DNA of 64,000 bases from NCBI GenBank assembly GCA_028876655.1, contig JAGWRA010000280.1, positions 1,556-65,555 on the forward strand, written 5' to 3'. The translations under genes and the position numbers were made by a program. The notes under the pieces are model-generated. The model saw only the letters and a list, made by a program, of their open reading frames with translations, did not search any database and was not told the DNA's origin. The DNA comes from Acidobacteriota bacterium (lineage in GTDB: Bacteria > Acidobacteriota > Vicinamibacteria > Vicinamibacterales > CAVVIG01). Below are positions 28,391 to 38,358 of this stretch, in pieces (position 1 is the stretch's first letter; every line of letters begins with the position of its first letter).

Positions 28391-28856
28391 TCTACTTGAA
28401 GGTGCGCAATACGGGCTGTTGTGGCCCTTGAAGGCTTGCAAGGCGGACGGGTAGCAGGCGCTTTCGCCTTTCCGGACAAGCTCATCAGCAAGAGAATTCT
28501 GAGGCCGCTAGCCACACGCGCGGTGCGCGGAACTTGACCCCTCCTCCGCGGGGGCGCTATCCTGCGAACAGCCCGTCGGCACCGGACGGTGCCTCCTCCG
28601 TGATCAGTCATCCGATCACGGACCGCTGCAAGCCGACGCTGCCGCAGCTCGACTTCCTGCTCCCCCACTGAACTCAGACCCGAGACGACCGCTCGCCCTC
28701 AGGCGTGCGCCCGTCGGGCATTCGCGATCGAAGGCTCCGGCGCTACCGCCCTGTGCCTGCGAACTCGCCAATGCGTCGTCGCTGCGCACCCAGCCGCTGC
28801 ACAGCGTCGCCACGCCGGCGCCGGCCCGTTCCTACTGGCGTCGGGGATGAAAGGTC

Positions 28857-29075
28857 ATGGCTGTCGAATCTGCGGAGCCGGTCCTTGAGAAGCACTACTC
28901 AGTCGAGGATCTGGCGGAAGCGTGGAGCCTGAGCAAGGACTTCGTGCGTCGACTATTCCTGCGTGAACCTGGCGTCGTCGTCTTCTGGAGGCAGCGACCC
29001 GGGCGCCGCGTGTATCGGACGCTGCGAATACCGGCATCGGTCGCCGAGCGGGTCCATCGTCGTATGACAACATGA
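28857..29075 (+). CDS. small HTH DNA-binding protein (excisionase-family-like)
   Basis: YSVEDLAEAWSLSKDFVRRLFLREPGVVVF...RTLRIPASVAERVHRRM. GGATGAAAGG lies upstream of ATG 28857. Confidence 0.5.
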   Translation: MAVESAEPVLEKHYSVEDLAEAWSLSKDFVRRLFLREPGVVVFWRQRPGRRVYRTLRIPASVAERVHRRMTT

Positions 29076-29281
29076 AGTGATCGTAAATGCTCCGCTTGGC
29101 CCTGCTCGTCGCGAGACAGTCTTTGGGGTAAACGCGATCGCAATTTGACCGGCACGATGCTGGGCACCGTTGGGCACGTGGGGACCTCACCAGCCAGCCG
29201 CACCGCAGCGCCTACGCCTTGCGTGCCGAGTGCATGCCGGAACGGCTGTTCAGCGCGCCGGTTCCGAACGGAAACGGGTGC

Positions 29282-30793
29282 TTAGTTGTCTGGGCGCTGA
29301 CTGCCGTTCATCGGCCTGTCGGGCTCCTGTTCCATCGCGGTCACGGCCTGATCGATTAGAGCAACGGCTTCACGCTCACGTTGCAGATACGAGTAGGGCG
29401 AGAGTCGGATCCGTGGCGTTGCTGAACCGCGAGTCCACTCCACCGCGGCACGTTCCGCGCCGCTTCCCCGTCGCCGATTGAGAGGAAGACCGCTGCTCAG
29501 TCGCATGGAAAATAGGTCAAAATAGCGCCTTGCCGCAATCCCTACGAATGGGTTGAACTGCACCTTCTCGCACGCCTGAGGATTGTCAACCGCTATGCTG
29601 TCGTCGTGAAGTTCAAGGGCCCGACTCTTCGGATACGGTTCGACGTAAACCACTCTTGTGATTCCTGCTGCGACAATGTGCTTGGCGCAGTTGTGGCAGG
29701 GAAACGTCGTTGTGAACAGCGTCCCGTCTTTGACGCGGGTTCCCGAACGAGCACACGAAAGCAGGGCTTCCATTTCCGCATGAACTGAGCGCCCGAACTC
29801 GGTGAGGTCAGCGATTCTACTGTCAACAAGACACGCGCGTGCGTCCTCCGCTGTTCCTTCGGCCAAGCAGCCTGAAATTCTGGTGACGACATCCTCGATC
29901 ATTTCCGAGACGACTCTGTCGTTGGCATCAAATCCCCGAACGTGATCCCGCTGGTCGTTAGGGCCCGGCCAGTACAGGCCGCCACGGAATTTGGGGACGT
30001 CGTTCGCACCGGTCGCGATGACCTCGCCGTCTGCGGAAACCACAACTGCACCGACCTGTCGCGCCAGCTGAGCAGACCTGAGCGAGGCTGCATAGGCCAG
30101 GAACATCGAGTGCTCATCTTGGGTCGGCGTATAGAAGGGATTGCCGAATACGAGGTCAATGAATCGTGAGAGCTCGTCGTCTTTGCCTTCAGTTACAAAC
30201 ACGTCCGCCAAAGTGAAGGTGTCTCGGGTGTGCTGGCCGAGGGCGTCGTCAGCTTCGTCCTGGTCGCGCTCGAGGAGCTTCTTCGCTTGCTCCTCGCTAA
30301 CGCCCTTTCGTTGCATCAGGTAAGCAAGACGCTTGCTCGCTGGAGAGTAGACGCCTATGAGGAAGAAGCCGGTGCCGTAGACCCTGCGCAGAGTCTCAAC
30401 TTCTTCTGGGTGTTTGAGGCTGCGGAGCAGGTGGACGACACGCTCTTGTGGCGCGACGTCTTCACCACGTCGCTCGCTGATGGCCGATATCGCGTGGAGC
30501 GCGAGGATGTCGCCGCGCCCGGCTTGGTTTCTGAGTTTGTTGCCGAGACTCATCCTTGAATTGACGCGTTCGAACTCAGTGGCGCTGTTGATGACGACGC
30601 CGAGTTGTTCTGTGTGGAGCCGCTCCGCCAAACCGCTCAACTTGATGACGTTTGTGTCGTAGCCAAACTGTTTCAGGAAATCTGTGACCGTGGCTTGAAC
30701 CCGGTCGAAATCCGTGCCGGTCGGCGCGACCAACGCAAAGATGAGCTCGCCCTGAGGCAGCGTGACGACCTCGGCGAGCGTTCTCCCGGACAT
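29282..30793 (-). CDS. anti-phage dCTP/deoxycytidylate deaminase, AvcD-like (N-terminal NTPase/kinase-like + C-terminal CDA domain)
   Basis: C-terminal zinc-deaminase motifs HAEMEAL ... FPCHNCAKHIVAAGITRVVYVEPYPKS. The N-terminal ~200 aa (ELIFALVAPTGTDFDRV...) occupies the place of the P-loop-like domain. 503 aa from ATG 30793. Confidence 0.8.
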   Translation of the reverse strand: MSGRTLAEVVTLPQGELIFALVAPTGTDFDRVQATVTDFLKQFGYDTNVIKLSGLAERLHTEQLGVVINSATEFERVNSRMSLGNKLRNQAGRGDILALHAISAISERRGEDVAPQERVVHLLRSLKHPEEVETLRRVYGTGFFLIGVYSPASKRLAYLMQRKGVSEEQAKKLLERDQDEADDALGQHTRDTFTLADVFVTEGKDDELSRFIDLVFGNPFYTPTQDEHSMFLAYAASLRSAQLARQVGAVVVSADGEVIATGANDVPKFRGGLYWPGPNDQRDHVRGFDANDRVVSEMIEDVVTRISGCLAEGTAEDARACLVDSRIADLTEFGRSVHAEMEALLSCARSGTRVKDGTLFTTTFPCHNCAKHIVAAGITRVVYVEPYPKSRALELHDDSIAVDNPQACEKVQFNPFVGIAARRYFDLFSMRLSSGLPLNRRRGSGAERAAVEWTRGSATPRIRLSPYSYLQREREAVALIDQAVTAMEQEPDRPMNGSQRPDN

Positions 30794-30823
30794 GGCAGAA
30801 ATTGTAGGGATCCTCTTCGTTGG

Positions 30824-30872
30824 TTGACACACATTTCTGCGTCAGATATCATCAGATATCATTCGATATCTA
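30824..30872 (+). promoter_or_regulatory. sigma70-like promoter overlapped by three tandem 10-bp repeats with GATATC cores (candidate RHH operator)
   Basis: TTGACA (30824-30829), a 17-nt spacer, then TATCAT (30847-30852). Repeats are CAGATATCAT (30843-30852), CAGATATCAT (30853-30862) and TCGATATCTA (30863-30872). An AGGAGA RBS follows. Confidence 0.5.
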
Positions 30873-30891
30873 GCAGGAGAAGTTCCCGTAA

Positions 30892-31164
30892 GTGCCTGCA
30901 GGAACTGCACGATCCACGAAGCCGTCGCGCAAAGCGTTGCCGCTGAAACTGCCCGGCGACGTAGCACTCGATTTGCAGGCTTTCTGCGAAGCGCACTACG
31001 GGGCTCCACAGAATCGGGTAATCACCAGAGCGATTCGGGAGTTCATCGCAGCTGAACTGGAGAACGACCCTGCTGCCTCTGACCGATTCCAAGCGGCCAA
31101 GAATCGACTCCTTGAGGATCCGGTCCGAGGACCGCTGAGGCTCGTCGATCCACCGCGGTCCTGA
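30892..31164 (+). CDS. ribbon-helix-helix (CopG/Arc-like) DNA-binding protein
   Basis: GTG start with an AGGAGA RBS. LPLKLPGDVALDLQAFCEAHYGAPQNRVITRAIREFI fits a strand-helix-helix pattern. Divergent from the deaminase gene. Confidence 0.65.
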   Translation: MPAGTARSTKPSRKALPLKLPGDVALDLQAFCEAHYGAPQNRVITRAIREFIAAELENDPAASDRFQAAKNRLLEDPVRGPLRLVDPPRS

Positions 31165-31237
31165 ACTGCGACAACAGACTTGATTTCACCCGTTCGAACG
31201 GGATACGTTTCACGCCTTCCCATTGAGCGAGGCTCCG

Positions 31238-31414
31238 ATGTCCCTGAAGAATCGTGATACAGATGAAGGACGACGGTACTGGGAGTTCGTTGAACGAACT
31301 GCCCGCGAAGTCGTCGAGAACCGACCGGGGTGGGCACTTTCCGGCCAGGAACGGGACAGGCCGGAGCGTCCGGCTCCCACACCCGCTGTAGAGAAGAGAA
31401 CCGAGAGTCGTTGA
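31238..31414 (+). CDS. small hypothetical protein
   Basis: MSLKNRDTDEGRRYWEFVERTAREVVENRPGW..., followed by a strong hairpin terminator. No family call. Confidence 0.35.
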   Translation: MSLKNRDTDEGRRYWEFVERTAREVVENRPGWALSGQERDRPERPAPTPAVEKRTESR

Positions 31415-31445
31415 CTCCTGGACGAATTCTCCCCAGCTTCTCATT

Positions 31446-31469
31446 AGGGCCACCTCGTGCGGTGGCCCT
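31446..31469 (+). terminator. rho-independent terminator hairpin
   Basis: AGGGCCACC-TCGTGC-GGTGGCCCT (9-bp stem) followed by TTTTCATTT. It sits between the small ORF and the convergent integrase stop. Confidence 0.55.
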
Positions 31470-31471
31470 TT

Positions 31472-32536
31472 TCATTTGCCCCTCCAGGTCTTCCTAACCG
31501 CAGCGTCAAGCTGCCGTTGCCGTTCCTTCACCCACGGCGAGTAGTGCTTGAGCACGATCGCCGGCGTGTTGCCAAGAAGAACCGCGACGTTCTCGACTGA
31601 GACGCCCCGCACGAGCAGGGACACAGCAAACGAGTCGCGGAACCGGTGGAAGTGCGCGTGCTCGACCTCGGCGAGCTTCGCGAGCAGGCCGAAGCTGCGA
31701 CGGACGTCCTCGATGGCGGATTTCGGCTTGGCATCGCCCGACCAGAACAAGTGGGGCTTGCCCGGCAGCTTCCGCAGCGCGGTCGTGACCTTCTTCGGCA
31801 ACGGCACGGAGACTGGGACGCCCGTCTTCTGGGTGTACAGAAATACCTTGTCGCCGACCAGGCGATCCCTGGTCAGAGCCACGGCGTCGGAAATGCGCAG
31901 GCCGGAGTGCCGCAGGAGCAGGACCAGCGCATAGAGACGGTCGCCGTTGCCTTTGAAGCGCTTGCAGGCGTCGAGGAGCCTCTTGATCTCGGCCTCGGAG
32001 AACGGCAGGGTCGGCTTGGGGGCCAGCCTGGGCGGCTTCAGGGCTCTGGCTGGATTCGAGACGATCCAGCCGGCGTCGGCGGCGAACCGGAAGAAAGCGC
32101 GCAAGGCCTCGAGCGTCTTGGCCTTCGTGGTCGGCGCATACGTCCAGGACTCGCGGAATTCGCGCAGCGCCTGCACGTCGAGCTGCCTCAACCGCCGCCG
32201 GCCGGTCTTCTCGCACCACGGCAGCAGCTGCCCGCGCAGGAACAGGCGGTACTTCTTGAGCGACGGCTCCTTCAGATCACGCGCTTCGCAGTCGGCTAGG
32301 TAGCGGTCGATCGCCTCGGGCAGCGTCGGGGCTTGAGCACGAATGACGCCGATTTCACCGGAGGCCTCCCAGCCCCGGACGATGTCCTGGGCTGCGTCCC
32401 AGGAGCGGAGTCCGAGCGATTTCTTGACCCACTCGCCCCGGAGTGTCCCCTGGACCCACAGCGGACAGTTGCAGCGGCGGTAGCGGCGGGATCGGTGCGT
32501 GCAGGGCGGGTAATGCCTCCGGTAGATCTGGAGCAT
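31472..32536 (-). CDS. tyrosine-type site-specific integrase
   Basis: SAM-like N-terminal domain and a catalytic C-terminus (LLLRHSGLRISDAV ... HRFRDSFAVSLL ... LLGNTPAIVLKHYSPW). Immediately adjacent to the tRNA-Ser 3' end. Confidence 0.9.
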   Translation of the reverse strand: MLQIYRRHYPPCTHRSRRYRRCNCPLWVQGTLRGEWVKKSLGLRSWDAAQDIVRGWEASGEIGVIRAQAPTLPEAIDRYLADCEARDLKEPSLKKYRLFLRGQLLPWCEKTGRRRLRQLDVQALREFRESWTYAPTTKAKTLEALRAFFRFAADAGWIVSNPARALKPPRLAPKPTLPFSEAEIKRLLDACKRFKGNGDRLYALVLLLRHSGLRISDAVALTRDRLVGDKVFLYTQKTGVPVSVPLPKKVTTALRKLPGKPHLFWSGDAKPKSAIEDVRRSFGLLAKLAEVEHAHFHRFRDSFAVSLLVRGVSVENVAVLLGNTPAIVLKHYSPWVKERQRQLDAAVRKTWRGK

Positions 32537-32621
32537 GCTCCATCGTCTCACCAGAGGGACGAAATTGGAACGATTGACTATTGATGAGCAGAAATAGTCA
32601 ATTAAATCAGGGCTGAATTAG

Positions 32622-32711
<90 letters not shown>

Positions 32712-32815
32712 GCGTGGTAATCGTGATCCCCATTGCTGATTGCCCGTTGCCCACTGCAATAGGCTGCTGTCCGTATCGAGCCCGTAGCCTGCAGCCCGGA
32801 GCCCGAAGCCGTCAC

Positions 32816-34105
32816 CTACCGCGGCGGCTCGATCGCCTCCATCCCGCCCATGAACGGCCGCAGCGCCGTCGGGATCACGACTGAGCCGTCCTGCTGCTGG
32901 TAGTTCTCCAGGATGGCGATCAGCGTCCGCCCCACGGCCAGGCCCGAGCCGTTCAGCGTGTGCACGAGCTCGGCCTTGCCGGTGCCCTCTGGCCGGAACT
33001 TGATGCTCGACCGGCGCGCCTGGAACGCCTCGGTGTTGCTGCACGACGAAATCTCGCGATACGTCTCCTGGCTCGGCAGCCACACCTCGAGGTCGTACGT
33101 CTTCGCCGAGGCGAACCCCATGTCCCCCGTGCACAGCGCCATCGTTCGATACGGCAGTTCGAGGCGCTTGAGCACCTCCTCGGCGCAGCCGGTCAGCCGC
33201 TCGAGCTCGTCGAACGACCGGTCGGGCGTCGTGAAGGACATCAGCTCGACCTTGTCGAACTGGTGCTGCCGGATGAGGCCCCGCACGTCCTGCCCGTAGC
33301 TGCCGGCCTCGCTGCGGAAGCAGGGCGTGTAGGCCGTGTAGCGCAGCGGCAGCCGCCGGCCGTCGAGGATCTCGCCGCGGTGCAGGTTGGTCAGCGGCAC
33401 CTCGGCCGTCGGCACGAGGAAGAGATCCCAGTCGCCGGCGATCCTGAAGAGATCCGCCTCGAACTTCGGCAGGTTGCCTGTACCCGTGAGCGCCGCCCGG
33501 TTCACCAGGAACGGCGGCTCGACCTCGGTGTAGCCGTGCTCGCGCGTGTGCAGGTCGAGCATGAAGTTGATGAGCGCCCGCTCCAGCTTCGCGCCCGCCC
33601 CCATCAGCACGGAGAAGCGCGCGCCGGACATGCGCGTCGCCCGCTCGAAGTCGAGGATCCCCAGCGCCGGCCCGAGATCCCAGTGGGGCTGCGGCGTGAA
33701 GGTGAACCGCCGGGGCTCGCCATGGCGCCGCACCTCGACGTTGTCGGCGGCGCTCTTCCCCACCGGCACGCTCGCGTGCGGCAGGTTCGGCACCATCAGC
33801 AGCGCGTCAAGCCGCTGCGCCTCGATGGCGTCGAGATCGGCCTGCAGTTGCTTGATCTGCTGCGCCCGGGCCTTGTTGGCCTCGAGCAGCGCCGAGACGT
33901 CACCGCCCTCGCGCTTGGCGCGGGCCACCTGCTCGCCGGCGCTGTTCTGCTCGCGCTTCAGCCCCTCGACCTCGGGGATGATCTGCCGCCGCCGGGCCTC
34001 GAGCGCACCCAGGGCCTGAAGGGTGGCCTCGGGGTCGAGGCCGCGGTTGCGCAGCCCCGCCCGGACCTCGTCGGGATGATCGCGGACGAATGCGGGATCC
34101 AGCAT
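32816..34105 (-). CDS. serS: serine--tRNA ligase
   Basis: [22 protein letters not shown]..., coiled-coil arm, class II core ([25 protein letters not shown] ... [21 protein letters not shown]). Start at ATG 34105. Confidence 0.95.
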   Translation of the reverse strand: MLDPAFVRDHPDEVRAGLRNRGLDPEATLQALGALEARRRQIIPEVEGLKREQNSAGEQVARAKREGGDVSALLEANKARAQQIKQLQADLDAIEAQRLDALLMVPNLPHASVPVGKSAADNVEVRRHGEPRRFTFTPQPHWDLGPALGILDFERATRMSGARFSVLMGAGAKLERALINFMLDLHTREHGYTEVEPPFLVNRAALTGTGNLPKFEADLFRIAGDWDLFLVPTAEVPLTNLHRGEILDGRRLPLRYTAYTPCFRSEAGSYGQDVRGLIRQHQFDKVELMSFTTPDRSFDELERLTGCAEEVLKRLELPYRTMALCTGDMGFASAKTYDLEVWLPSQETYREISSCSNTEAFQARRSSIKFRPEGTGKAELVHTLNGSGLAVGRTLIAILENYQQQDGSVVIPTALRPFMGGMEAIEPPR

Positions 34106-34173
34106 GAAATTCGCCTGCCCGTATTCTACATGGTGCCCGTGCCAAATCCGGTATCCTGCGATAGGATGGCCCC

Positions 34174-35076
34174 GTGACCACACGAGTGCGCAAAGCCGTC
34201 TTTCCCGCCGCAGGCCTCGGCACACGGTTCCTGCCCGCCACGAAGGCGCAGCCCAAGGAAATGCTCCCCCTCGTCGACAAGCCGATCATCCAGTATGGCG
34301 TCGAAGAGGCGGTCGCCTCGGGGATCGACAACATCCTGCTGGTGACCGGCCGCGGCAAGAACGCGATCGAAGATCATTTCGACGTCTCGATCGAACTCGA
34401 AACGTTCCTGGAGGCGCGCGGCAAGACGGATCTGCTGGAGCAGGTGCGCGAGATCTCGAACATGATCCACTTCGCCTACGTGCGCCAGGGCGAACCGCTG
34501 GGCCTCGGCCACGCGGTGCTGGTCACGCGGGAGCTGGTCGGCGACGAACCGTTCGCCGTCATCCTCGGCGACGATGTGATCGACGCGGCACCGCCCGCCA
34601 TCCAGCAGATGATCGACGTGTTCGACCGCGTCGGCGGACCCGTCCTCGCCGTCGAACGCGTCCCGACGGACCAGATCTCCAGCTACGGCGTCGTCGCGGT
34701 CGAGCCAGATCGGACCTACGGCGAGCGCGTCTACAAGGTGCGGGATCTCGTCGAGAAGCCGGCGCGCCAGGACGCGCCGTCGGACCTGGCCATCATCGGC
34801 CGCTACATCCTCACGCCCGACATCTTCCCGGCGCTCGAAGCCACGGCGTCGGATCGCACCGGCGAGATCCAGCTCACCAACGGCTTGCGCCGGCTGCTGC
34901 GCGATCGGCCGATCTACGCCTGCGAGGTCGAGGGCGTCCGCCACGACACCGGCAACAAACTCGGCTTCCTCAAGGCCGTCGTCTACTTCGCCCTGCGCCG
35001 CCCCGATCTGGCCGAGCCCTTCCGCCAGTACCTCGAGTCACTCGACCTGCACCGCCTGCCCGCGGGAAAGCAGTAA
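34174..35076 (+). CDS. galU: UTP--glucose-1-phosphate uridylyltransferase
   Basis: [42 protein letters not shown]... GTG start. Confidence 0.9.
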   Translation: MTTRVRKAVFPAAGLGTRFLPATKAQPKEMLPLVDKPIIQYGVEEAVASGIDNILLVTGRGKNAIEDHFDVSIELETFLEARGKTDLLEQVREISNMIHFAYVRQGEPLGLGHAVLVTRELVGDEPFAVILGDDVIDAAPPAIQQMIDVFDRVGGPVLAVERVPTDQISSYGVVAVEPDRTYGERVYKVRDLVEKPARQDAPSDLAIIGRYILTPDIFPALEATASDRTGEIQLTNGLRRLLRDRPIYACEVEGVRHDTGNKLGFLKAVVYFALRRPDLAEPFRQYLESLDLHRLPAGKQ

Positions 35077-35119
35077 ATACCCGGCAGCCCGGCAGGATTG
35101 CGCCGCGCCTGCGGCCACA

Positions 35120-35200
35120 CCGAGCCGAGGACAGGCAAATCCGAGGCGAGGTGTCGGCGTCAGCTCGCGCCGGGGGTGGGGCCCCGGCGCCAGTGAAGAA
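35120..35200 (+). repeat. intergenic repeat element, copy 1 (full length)
   Basis: CCGAGCCGAGGAC..AAATCCGAGGCGAGG.GTCGGCGTCAG..GCGCCGGGGGTGGGGCCCCGGCGC..TGAAGAA. Closely matches 63177-63257. Contains a GC-rich hairpin. Confidence 0.7.
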
Positions 35201-35265
35201 TGCCGTACATGCGGGAGCCCTCCTCCGCAGAGCGGAAGAGGGCTGCAAGCGGTGTATGTATGAGG

Positions 35266-35577
35266 TTAGGAATCCTTGGATGCGGGGGCCGCCGACGAGG
35301 ACGCCGACGAGCCCGAAGTTGAGGAATCTGCTGCTGGCGAGCCCTTGCCCGACTCCGGTGCCTGGCCGCCGCCACCGTCGCCCGCGGGCGTCCCGCTCCG
35401 CTTGGCGTAATCAGTGACGTACCAGCCGGTCCCCTTGAACTGGATCGCGGGCGACGAAATCAGCTTCGTCACCGCGCCTCCACACTTGGGACACGTCTCC
35501 ACCGGCGGGTCGGAGAACTTCTGGATAATCTCGAACTGGTGACCGCAGGCGTCACACCGGTATTCGTAGAGAGGCAT
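35266..35577 (-). CDS. FmdB-family zinc-ribbon protein
   Basis: [34 protein letters not shown] is the canonical FmdB/CxxC-x-CxxC N-terminus. Confidence 0.85.
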   Translation of the reverse strand: MPLYEYRCDACGHQFEIIQKFSDPPVETCPKCGGAVTKLISSPAIQFKGTGWYVTDYAKRSGTPAGDGGGGQAPESGKGSPAADSSTSGSSASSSAAPASKDS

Positions 35578-35600
35578 CTCAGTCCAGACAACCCGTTATC

Positions 35601-37304
35601 TTACAGCAGGATCGAGGTGCCGTCAATCCAGCCGCCGCGGCGTCGCTCCAGAAGCGCCCCCTCGGCCCCCTCGCCGAGCAGCAGCTGGCGGTGGGCCCAG
35701 AACGGCGCCGTCCCCTGTCCGAGCAGGGTGTCGTGGAACGTCCGCAGCGAGAAGGCCTTCCCCTGCTGCTGCTTGTACTCGGCCCGCAGCTTCAGCAGCA
35801 TCAGCTTTCCCACCGAGTACACCAGGTACGTCGGGTCGAAGGTGCCGCGCTCGGCCTCGCGCCGCGCATTCCCCTCTTCGAGGAACGCCTCCTCGCGGAA
35901 GAAGCGGACGCCCTGCTCCACCGAGTAGTCCTCGGCGTGCAGCCGGATGCAGACGACGAAGCGGGCCAGCCGGACGAGGGCTTCGGCGAGCTGGCCGAGG
36001 CGGACGAGGGGGTTGGCGTCGCCGAAGCCGGCCTCCACCATCATCTGCTCGCAGTAGTGCGCCCACCCCTCGACGAACGACATCGGCGCGAACATCGTCG
36101 ACTTGCGGACCTTCGACGTCACGCCGCGCAGGTGCTCGTAGTGGAGGAAGTGGCCCGGATAGACCTCGTGGATCGAGATGGCCCAGAGCGTCGCTTCGTT
36201 GAAGTCGCGCAGGTGTTCTTCCTGCCGCTCGGGCGACCAGCCGCGCTCGACGTCGGTGAGGTAGTAGTACGCGGGGACCGGCCGCGTCTCGAACGGGCCC
36301 GGCGTCCACATGCTGGCCGACGTCCAGCGGAAGAAGTCCGGCGTCGGGGCCACCGTCACCGTCCGGCCCGTGGGGATCGTGACGAGCGCGCGCCGCTCGA
36401 GGAACTGCACGAGCTCGGCGAGCTGATCGCGGGCCGCCTGCACGAGCTTCCCGGGTTCGGGGTGGCGCGTCTTGCTGCGGCGCCAGGCGTCCATCGGGTC
36501 GCCGTGCTCCAGCCGGGCGGCCGCGCGCCGGAACTCCTCCTGCGTCGCCTGCAGCTCGCGCAGCGCGATCGCCAGCAGACGGTCGCTGTCGAGCGACAGC
36601 CCCTCGTCCAGCTGCAGCTTGCGCTCGAACTTCTCGCGTCCGAGACGGAACGAGGCGCGGGCCTTCGGCGCCTGGTCGCGCTCGAGGTAGTCGATGTACT
36701 CGCCGAGGGCCTGCACCGCCTCCGTCTGTGCGTCGGCGAGATCGCCGAGCAGGTGCAGGTCGTCCACGTCGGCGAAGGCGCGCGGCAGATCGCGCTCGAC
36801 GAAGGTCCGCGCGCCGCGGAACGCCTCGAGGCCGACCTTCACGAAGATGCCGGGCGGCTCCTTCACGTTGTCGCGCGCCGCCTGGAGCAGCCGCGGCACC
36901 TGCCGCAGCTTCGAGAGCGTTCGCCTGGCCCGCTCGGCGGCGGGCGCGTAGGCGAAGAGCGCCTGCCCCGCCAGGCTCGTGGCGAGCAGGTCGGCGTAGG
37001 TCTGCGGGTTCCGCTCCCAGGTGCGGACCTCCTCGAGCTCGAAGGCCCGGGCCCGGACGTTCGCCGCCAGGATCCGGTGCTCGATCCGCTCGACCGGTGT
37101 CAGCTCCCCGACCTTCATCTCGTCGAGCCGCCGCCGGAAGCCGGCCAGAGCGCGCACCTGGGCGTCGATGGCCGGACGGCCCAGGTCCTCGAGGAGATCG
37201 TCGTGCGCGTGGACGCCATCGAGCGTCGCGCCGGTCGGATGGGTCTCGTGCAGGTAGCCGAGGTAGTCGTCGACGTAGTGGGCGAGGGGTTCTGATGGGT
37301 GCAT
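35601..37304 (-). CDS. DUF885-family protein
   Basis: 567 aa with IHEVYPGHFLHYEHL and overall DUF885-like layout. The two other >500-aa ORFs over this interval are frame shadows. Confidence 0.8.
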   Translation of the reverse strand: MHPSEPLAHYVDDYLGYLHETHPTGATLDGVHAHDDLLEDLGRPAIDAQVRALAGFRRRLDEMKVGELTPVERIEHRILAANVRARAFELEEVRTWERNPQTYADLLATSLAGQALFAYAPAAERARRTLSKLRQVPRLLQAARDNVKEPPGIFVKVGLEAFRGARTFVERDLPRAFADVDDLHLLGDLADAQTEAVQALGEYIDYLERDQAPKARASFRLGREKFERKLQLDEGLSLDSDRLLAIALRELQATQEEFRRAAARLEHGDPMDAWRRSKTRHPEPGKLVQAARDQLAELVQFLERRALVTIPTGRTVTVAPTPDFFRWTSASMWTPGPFETRPVPAYYYLTDVERGWSPERQEEHLRDFNEATLWAISIHEVYPGHFLHYEHLRGVTSKVRKSTMFAPMSFVEGWAHYCEQMMVEAGFGDANPLVRLGQLAEALVRLARFVVCIRLHAEDYSVEQGVRFFREEAFLEEGNARREAERGTFDPTYLVYSVGKLMLLKLRAEYKQQQGKAFSLRTFHDTLLGQGTAPFWAHRQLLLGEGAEGALLERRRGGWIDGTSILL

Positions 37305-37361
37305 AGGACCGCGGCCGGCAGCCCGCCGGATCCTTCAATGGTACAATAAACGTCCGGTCGC

Positions 37362-38207
37362 ATGCCCGGCATCCTCTACGTCGTTGCCACGCCGATCGGG
37401 AACCTCGAGGACGTCACGCTGCGCGCGCTGCGCGTGCTGCGCGAGGTCGCCCTGATCGCGGCCGAAGACACGCGGCGGACGGCGAAGCTGCTCGCCCGCC
37501 ACGCCATCCCGACGCCCACCACCAGCCTGCACGAGCACAACGAAGCGAAAAAGGCGCCGGCGCTCCTCGCCCGGCTCGCCGCAGGCGAGGACATCGCCGT
37601 CGTGTCGGACGCAGGGACCCCTGGTGTGTCCGACCCCGGGCTGAAGCTGGTCCAGGCCGCCATCGCCGCCGGCATCCAAGTGGTCCCCGTGCCGGGTCCC
37701 AGCGCCGTCCTGACCGCGTTGGTCGGATCAGGGCTTCCGTTCAACGATTTCACGTTTGTCGGCTTCGCCCCGTCGAAGGCCAGGGCGAGGCGGGAGTGGC
37801 TGTTAGGTCTAAAGACAGAAAACAGGCCGGTCGTGGCCTTCGAAGCGCCTCATCGCGTCCGGGCCTTCCTCGCCGACGCCCTTGATATATTGGGCAATCG
37901 ACAGATAATTGTCGGGCGCGAGCTGACGAAGGTGCACGAGGAATGGTTGCGCGGGTCGGTGGAACAGGTGCTTGCCCGGTTGGTCGAGCCCCAGGGCGAG
38001 TTCACTGTCGTGCTGGCGCCCGCTGCTCCGGCAGAATCGAGTCTCGCTGAACCGGTCACGGCTGAGCGGCTCTACGCTGAATTCTGTGAAATGACCGAAA
38101 ATGTCGGTTGTTCAAGACGCGCCGCGGTCTCCGCCCTCGCCGGTCGCCATTCACTGAGCGCCAGGGAGGTCTATCAGGCCATTGAAGCTCACAAAAAATT
38201 GGTCTAA
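37362..38207 (+). CDS. rsmI: 16S rRNA (cytidine1402-2'-O)-methyltransferase
   Basis: MPGILYVVATPIGNLEDVTLRALRVLREVALIAAEDTRRTAKLL... Confidence 0.9.
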   Translation: MPGILYVVATPIGNLEDVTLRALRVLREVALIAAEDTRRTAKLLARHAIPTPTTSLHEHNEAKKAPALLARLAAGEDIAVVSDAGTPGVSDPGLKLVQAAIAAGIQVVPVPGPSAVLTALVGSGLPFNDFTFVGFAPSKARARREWLLGLKTENRPVVAFEAPHRVRAFLADALDILGNRQIIVGRELTKVHEEWLRGSVEQVLARLVEPQGEFTVVLAPAAPAESSLAEPVTAERLYAEFCEMTENVGCSRRAAVSALAGRHSLSAREVYQAIEAHKKLV

Positions 38208-38358
38208 CGACAGAAAATGGTGCGGCGCCGACACCTCCGGGGCCAAACTTGACCGTTCGCCTCTGGTTTTGCTAACGTTTACGGCGCTCGCCGTTCATTT
38301 TCAGAATTGGGGATCGTCTTCCGCTCCCCGGATCCCCCGAACGCTGCCTGGAGGCCGC

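Noticed and set aside
35623-37338. 571-aa (-) and 534-aa (+, 35691..37295) ORFs over the DUF885 gene
   Set aside because: These are alternative frames of the same high-GC region. Only the 35601..37304 frame gives a protein-like sequence (HEVYPGHFLHYEHL).
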